From Pelomyxa schiedti (Eukaryota; Protista; Evosea): a stretch of 64,000 bases of DNA. Positions 57,393 through 64,000 of the stretch are shown in pieces; position 1 is the stretch's first letter; each line of letters begins with the position of its first letter. Where the stretch lies: positions 1 through 64,000 of the forward strand of contig JAHLWZ010000093.1 in assembly GCA_020536535.1 (NCBI GenBank), written 5' to 3'. Below the pieces are notes generated by a model, which saw only the letters and a program-made list of their open reading frames with translations, had not been told where the DNA came from and did no database searches. Position numbers and translations under genes: made by a program.

Positions 57393-59867
57393 CTATGATA
57401 TAAGTACCAGGCCACTGGCACCATGGCCACCCGTGTGTGAACCGCCACTTAATTCCCTGGGCGCACCACCTTGTCCAACTGTGATGTCCAGCACCTGCCC
57501 AGGAGTCACAGGGTGGTCCATGACTGTCGAGTAACCCCCTCCACCTCCCCCACTGCTTCCCATTGCGCCCCCGCCACCGCCTCCAAACCTCCACCCAGCC
57601 TGAGCGTCCTTGGTGAATGGCGGCATTGCCCCATTCCCACTTTGTGAGGGTGGTGAGTTATCTGAGCAAAAGGAACCTTTGCTTCCACCGCATCCTGCAT
57701 AGTCGAACGTGGCTGCACCACCTGTGCCTCCATTCCCTGGTGCTCCCCCAGCACCCCCACCACCTCCACCTTCTGAGCTTCCATCACCTCCCTTTGCCCT
57801 AGAGCCCTGGCCACCACTGCCCCGTGAAGAGCCTCCACATGCTACCAGAATCCCCAGTATGCATGAGTCTCCACCATTTCCGCCATAGCAGCGATTTCCG
57901 CACCATGATGCTCCTGCACCGCCGCCACCAATGGCAATTGCATTGATGGTTCTCAGGCCTTCTGGGACTGTGAATTTGTATCTGCCTGGCTCCATAAACG
58001 CCTTTATTGGCATAGTAAAACTTATTTCACTCCAGTCAGAACTCATGATCATATCCTGTTCTTTTTTCATTGAGGAAACGTGGGAAAAGGAGATACCTGG
58101 CCGATTCCACCCACTATGAACATTGCTTTTACTCGCGTTATGTATCTGGTTCCTGGCTGCAGTGAGGTGACCTTAGTTTCTTTGTCTTGTCCAAAGTACA
58201 CTTGTGTGAAGTCGCAGTCTTGTTGTGCTAATTGAACCTCGAAGGTAGGTGGTACAGTCCAAGGAGTGTTTGCTGGAAGTTTAGACGTTATGGTGGCAGC
58301 GGAATTGGAAGCTATGTCCAGGCAGACTTTAACTTGAGGTGCTGGGAAAGATAGAACTGAAATTCTTCCCAAATGGGGCACTGAATTGCTAATCCGGGTT
58401 TTGTCTATTGCGAAATCAAACCAGGGTCCCTCTGCCAACTGTGATTCACAGTGCTTTGGTTGGAGATCATAGCTGTTTCCAAGTGTATTGAGACCGGATA
58501 TCACCTGCAGGGTGGTGAATGTGTTGGGGAAATTGACTGTGTGAAGGAGCGAGCCATGCAACACTTTGGAATCCGTAACAGAGAATAAAGTTCTGCCTTG
58601 TCGGTTGTCAGCTAATTTAAGGCATTTTGTTTATTTTGGCATACTTGTTTGTTGAGATAGAGCAAGTAGAAGCTCGGATTCTGAGGTGTCTAAGTGAGTA
58701 CGTAACTCCGATTCCCTCTTGGAGAGTGCTTCGCGGAGACTGGAGAATTCTTCCTGGATTTGGAGTCTGATAGTATCGGCTTCCAGTTTCACCTGAGCTG
58801 ATGCATTCTGCAACTCTCTTACCTTATCTTCATTTGATTTCAGATTCTCCACAACTTTGCAGGCTGCATCCAGGAAACTTTCTCTGGCAGTGCTACAGGC
58901 ATCATCTCTGACCGATATTTTGTGCCCTTTGTGGCTTCCGGATTCTTTACAGATGTGGCAACACAATTCCTAAAAGAATAGTAGGTGAGGAAAAGGTTTG
59001 ATGGACGAAGGTACACACTTTATCATCTTCGCACCAAAGAACGAGGTCTTTTCCGGAGTGAACTTTGCATTTCGGCTCATGCAATGTAAGTGCCGGTTTA
59101 TTTCCAATCGGAACTCTCACGTGAGATTGTGTGATACGAAACGAGTGAGTTGCCCGGTCGCACTCAGCGCACAGCGAAGTCTCTTCCTTCTCGCACCACA
59201 CAACGGCACCATTCACCTCGCACTCATCACACATAACCGCGTTGGCGTAAGAAGGTCGGGAGATAGAAGCAACAGAAGAGCTGCAATTAGACTTGGTACT
59301 ATTCCCTTGTTGCTCCGGCCCCAGGGAATCGCCTTCTTCTTGTTTAATTGTAATCGTTTTCCTTGACGCATTGTCCGGCATTCCCGCAATAGGGCAACCC
59401 AAGGAGTCCATCAGCGTGAGCACATCCATCAGCAGCGTGTGCTCTTTCTCACATATAACTGAGCACCCGCATGCCGGGCAACGATACCCCGGATTCTTCC
59501 CCACTGCAGAAGCTGTACCAGTACTAGTAGTAGTAGTAGTAGTATTAGAGCTAGTAGCACATGGCCGGTGCTCAGCCGAGTTCGTTGTTGACGATGCAGA
59601 CCAACACGCACGGCAGACGTGGTGGCCACACGGCGAAAGCAGCACGGGGTACCGTCTCACTTGTTCGCCGTGAACCGCCGCCATCTGGGGATTATGGGTT
59701 GGCTCGTCCCTGCGTGGCCTCTTCGTCTTTGGTGGGGTGGTAGATAACGATGCGGTTGACGACGCCCCCCGTCGTAGGAGGAACGGGGTACCACAGCATG
59801 CACACTGCAAAGGGATGTATGGCTCAGTCAGAGTGCCGGCTACACTCACTTCCGGCTTCTCCGTCAT
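57393..59867 (-). CDS. TRIM-like RING - B-box - B-box - coiled coil - FN3 - glycine-rich domain protein (multi-exon)
   Basis: CACC...PCGHHVCRAC...CPAC RING with insertions; CDEC..CEKE..CAECD..H; CKVH..CEDD..CHIC..H..H; coil; VYFG...LQPGTRYITRVKA; Gly-rich C-terminal domain. Confidence 0.8.
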
Positions 59868-60030
59868 TTCACGAGCCAATCTGGGATTGCGTCGATTGGC
59901 GCTGAGAAACTCATTTTTTCAGGGCACAAAAACTGACAACAAACAGGATCGGCTGCTATTAGGCCCCCTCAGGAGCTCAATGCTAATGATTTGCCAAAGA
60001 AAGAGAAATTTTATTCAGTTAATAAACAGG

Positions 60031-61289
60031 TTAATGGCCGCAGCATGAGCAAGAACCACCAGTGCAACCCATTGTGGCCTTGAGCTGTGTCATTTGTTCT
60101 GGTGTCAGCTTCATTGCAAGGAACTTGTGGAAGCATTCCTTCTGCTCAGGGGTGAATGCAGCCGCAGCGGCCTTGCACCTTGCAATGCTCTCAGCACTGA
60201 AGTCACCATCAACGACTCCCTTGCAAGCTGCCTTCTGCTCCTCAGTGAACATTCCGCAGCACGATGAAGAGGCACCACCAGAGCAGCATGAAGATGGCTT
60301 CTCAGCACCCCCGTGGCATGTGCACTCGCCTGTGCAGTGGCAACCCATCGCGGCCTTGAGCTGAATCAACTGATCCGCACTCAGCTTCATGAACAGGAAC
60401 TTGTGGAGGCATTCCTTCTGCTCCGGTGTGAATGCTGCAACAGCGGCCTTGAATGTGGCAATGCTCTCAGCACTGAAGTCTCCAGAAACAACTCCCTTGC
60501 ACGCGGCCTTCTGTTCCTCATTGAACATGTTGCAGCATGACGAATCACCACCAGAGCAGCATGATGAAGCACCAGTTGTAGTCCCGTGGCAAGTGCACTC
60601 TGTGCCGCTGCAGTGACACCCCATTGCGGCCTTGAGCTGGGTCAATTGCTCCGGTGTAAGCTTCATGGCCAAGAACTTGTGGAAGCACTCCTTCTGCTCA
60701 GGGGTGAATGCAGCCGCAGCGGCCTTGCACCTTGCAATGCTCTCAGCACTGAAGTCACCATCAACGACTCCCTTGCAAGCTGCCTTCTGCTCCTCAGTGA
60801 ACATTCCGCAGCAGGATGAAGAGGCACCACCAGAGCAAGAGCACGAGGAAGTACCAGTCGTAGCACCACCAGAGCAAGTGCAAGGCTTATCAGCAGTAGT
60901 AGCACCACCAGAGCAGCAGCAGGGACCCCAAGCAGCCTTGAGTGCTGCTTGTTGTTCTGGTGTGAACTTGGTCTCAATGAACTCGTGCACCTTGGCCTTC
61001 TGCTCTGGCGTAAATGTGGAACACACACTCTTGAACCTAAGGATTTGTTTTGTTTCGTTTAGTCAATGGAAATATAATATATTATTATGAATTGAGTTTA
61101 TATATGTACTTTGCAATAGCATCAGCAGAGAAGTCACCAGTGATGACTGGTTTCATGGCTGCCCTTTGTTCCTCGCTAAACATTGCTGCGAATGGGCATG
61201 TGCTTGCACAACACTATACAAATGGAATTAACATTAACTTAGTGAGCACTCAGAATAATGGTACTTACTGTTGGTGTTGTTGTTGCCAT
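60031..61289 (-). CDS. Four-module helical repeat protein with metallothionein-like Cys-rich linkers (2 introns near the 5' end)
   Basis: Spliced MATTTPT-CCASTCPFAAMFSEEQRAAMKPVITGDFSADAIAK-FKSVCSTFTPEQ..., then three near-identical modules MFxEEQKAACKGVVxGDFSAESIA...FTPEQKECxHKF...LKAxMGC. Confidence 0.85.
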
Positions 61290-61650
61290 TTGTTTGTTAT
61301 TTCTTTATTGGTTTCTTGCTTTGTTGTTTGTTTCTTTTCTATCGTCGATTATTTTTATTTTTTTCTTGTTTCTTTTCTGATCACCTTTTCGGTTTTTATG
61401 GTTTGAAGGACGAAGAATTTGGTGGCTACGCATCAGATTTTTTGAGCGTGGAAATTACGCTCGTCTCTACGAGATTCAATAAACATTTGTTGGCGTTTCG
61501 GTTGGCGCAACCAAAACTAGGGAATAAAATAAATATAAAAAAAAAAAAAGATAGTTGTGATAGTGTGTTATTATGAGACGGGAAGTGTGACAGGGTTTGC
61601 TCAAAACTTACAATGCTAGTAAAACATACAACAGTGGACAGAGTGCCTGG

Positions 61651-63070
61651 TCAGGTTTTTTCACCTGAGGAGGGCCTGGGTGTACTGGTGGGCGTTTTCT
61701 TGCTTCGCGGTGTTGTGCTGGTGTTGCTACGGGCTGAGAGTCTACTGCTGCTTTCGCCTTTTGTGTGTTAAGAAAAAAAACCAGTTGTATTAACTTATTT
61801 TAAAATTAATTTACAATACCTTGGTTGCGCCACCCTAAGCGAAGTTTTTTGGCAATGAACTTGTAGTGCGTCATTACTTCTTCATAGCTGAGACACCCGT
61901 CTCCGTTCTACTTACAAGTTAGAGGGGACATGGAAAAGTCAGTGAAGGTTACTTCATCAGCTTCGTGAATCAACAGAGTAACGATGAGCTCCGGTTGAAT
62001 GTCGAGTTCAAGGCCGTCAAGGTGCTGTTGTTCGTGCAGAGCTTTAACAAATAACATCAACTCGTCAAACTGTTGGGTTTTTTAGTAAATATGTTTCGAT
62101 AATGAGCCAACCTGTAGTGCTCCATCACCGTTTAGATCAAATAAATCAAAGAAAAAGCTCAATTGCTCGTGAACACTCGAGTTATTCAGAGCGTTTAGAA
62201 CTGTTAATACAAGCCAACACACGGTAAACTGAAGATCGAAAATCTACAGAAATTAAGGCTACAATAGTGTTGTTGTTAGTTACCTCTTGCTCGGACAAAT
62301 CGGTCTTTTTTACAGAAAGTAGTGGTATTTCCGGTACGGGGATAGTGGAAACTCTGAGCTTAATAGATGATGTGGGGGTGGAATTTATGGAGGTGCCAAG
62401 AGGAGGGGTTGTCGCCGGTGTTGGAATTCTTGGGGAGCCACACTCCGACTCACAAAAACTCTTGTGAAGCCCGGAATTCACTTTTGGGAGCATTTTTTCT
62501 ACAATCCAACGGGAAATTTGCTCTAAGGCATTAATTAAAAGGAGCACAAAAAACCTCGAGATAGGAAACCTCCAATTCCATTTTCCCGTAGAAAAGAAAT
62601 AATCATGTGCTTTTCTGGAGGCATAGGCAAAGTCTGACATACTTTATAGCATTCAGAAACCTCAGTCAAAGTGAGTCCTGCCTCTTTCTGCAGCTTTGTC
62701 AACCTCTCGTCTTTCTATAACGGATTAGTATTGTGAGACATTGCGGCGTAGTTGTTTGGTAACAAACCTCAAGCGATAAGACGCGAGAAATGGCGAGCTG
62801 CGTCGTTTTGAATACTACAGTTTTGGTGGATTTCGTTCCGGACCCGGAGGTCCCTGGTGTCTTTAAAACACCGCTCAGCCGTTTCTCGCCGGCCGGGCTC
62901 GTCGGCGAAGATGCGCTTGCGCTCCTCGACCGCGGGCTCTTGAGAGGCTTCGAGTCGCCGTCGGAACAGGACGACGGACTTTTCCCCTTCACTTTAGGCA
63001 GCCTTTTCGCGCTTCCGTTCCTCGCCGTGTTCGCCGCAGTCGTATTCGCACCAACACACGCAGATCCCAT
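61651..63070 (-). CDS. EF-hand protein (calcineurin B / NCS-like) with a disordered N-terminus, multi-exon
   Basis: EQLSFFFDLFDLNGDGALQ-FDELMLFV canonical EF-hand; LTLTEVSECYK; MGS start. Exon joins are inferred. Confidence 0.6.
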
Positions 63071-63437
63071 TCACTACAAAAATGCCCAATGCGCAAACAA
63101 CCGGTGTCCCGTCGCCGACGACACTCAGATCTCGCCTCGCGTCGTTGCCTCGCTCGTTGGTTTTTTTTTCTTTTTGTTTCCTGTTCCGTGTTGTTTTCTT
63201 TCTTTGTCAACGTTCGCTTCTTTGATCCAATTTCGCCAGCGAAATGGTTTCGCAGAGCTGATGTGGCAACAACACACAAAAACTTCGTTTGATTTCTTTG
63301 TTCTAAATGTGTTTTCACCCCTTGCCGTTCGCTGTGATGAGGCACCTCTTTTGGTGAGTGCTTTTTAGTTAGATACATGTCATAAAGCCGGAAGCATCTT
63401 CTTGGTCTCTTTTGTGTGTGGGCACTATTCTTTCATA

Positions 63438-64000
63438 TCACAAGGTCACATGATGCAACATCACAGCATTGGTTTGGTGGTTGGTAAATGTGAGAGTGAT
63501 TCTTTTGCTCGTGTGGTTGTTGGTGTTGTTGGGTGTTTTTGTTGTGGAATAGGTAAGTGAGGTGTGAGTGTTGTTAGAGGGATGAGGACATGAACTTGCA
63601 CATGTGTGATGTGTGGGTGCACTCGGCAAGTAGTTTGGGGTCTTTGAGGGTGGGGATGATGGCCTCGAAGGCTGACCGGGCTTGTTGTACGCACTGCTGC
63701 GCCATTGGGCCGGGGCTAAGATATGGTATCAGCTTCTCTAGCCATTTCACCTTGGGGGTAGTGTGATAATCGAGCTATTGTTCCGGAAAGGGTATTACTT
63801 TAAGCTCTGTTTCTGTCTCGAGGGCTGTTGACAATTGCCGTATAACTCCAGTTATTGTGGGCTGCGAGAGTTGTCCCGATGCCAAGACCACGGCTGCTTC
63901 AACATGTTGGCATACCCATAGCACTAAGCTTGGATCACCCCTTGATAGAGCCTAGTGTTTTCAGTTTGTAATTATGCATTTCATATAGCTCACAAAGGCA
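63438..64000 (-). CDS. EDC4: C-terminal part of an EDC4/Ge-1/VARICOSE-like decapping enhancer (gene continues beyond the window)
   Basis: GDPSLVLWVCQHVE...LSQPTITGVIRQLSTALETETELK-VKWLEKL resembles the conserved EDC4 C-terminal helical domain (alignment from memory). Confidence 0.55.

Noticed and set aside
1-64000. Transposon, viral or rRNA genes
   Set aside because: No transposase, reverse transcriptase, integrase or capsid motifs, terminal inverted repeats, or rRNA-like sequence were recognised.

Overview
This is a gene-dense eukaryotic window with no rRNA, CRISPR or recognisable transposon. It has short (about 40-60 nt) GT-AG introns, intergenic spacers often only 20-180 bp, and two 100-N scaffold gaps. 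Gene content points to an amoebozoan, probably an archamoeba such as Pelomyxa (inference). That content includes a Roco kinase, a cAMP-receptor-like GPCR, a V-ATPase c subunit with an N-terminal signal-like extension, and intronless 'ARDQ...HPRCG' hypothetical proteins. About 30 genes can be modelled by hand. Recognisable housekeeping genes are XPD, V-ATPase c, TFIIF-alpha, Rac, a HAD phosphatase, a calpain, an EF-hand protein and the EDC4 C-terminus. The more unusual items are: (1) two tandem genes with a split F-box-like motif in place of the G-gamma-binding coil of a clearly G-beta-derived WD40 propeller; (2) a four-module helical protein with metallothionein-like Cys linkers; (3) a non-RD LRRK2-like Roco whose RI-type LRRs are each encoded by their own ~84-nt phase-1 exon; (4) a PINK1-like kinase fused to Sel1 repeats with an N-myristoylation-type start; (5) a TRIM-like RING-Bbox-Bbox-CC-FN3 protein ending in a glycine-rich domain; (6) a Rab with an MGQCKSK N-acylation motif and no C-terminal prenylation motif; (7) an F-box-like protein with Pol II CTD-like heptads; and (8) a tandem array of a lineage-specific intronless family. 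All exon structures and family assignments were made by eye and from memory of motifs. No database search was run.
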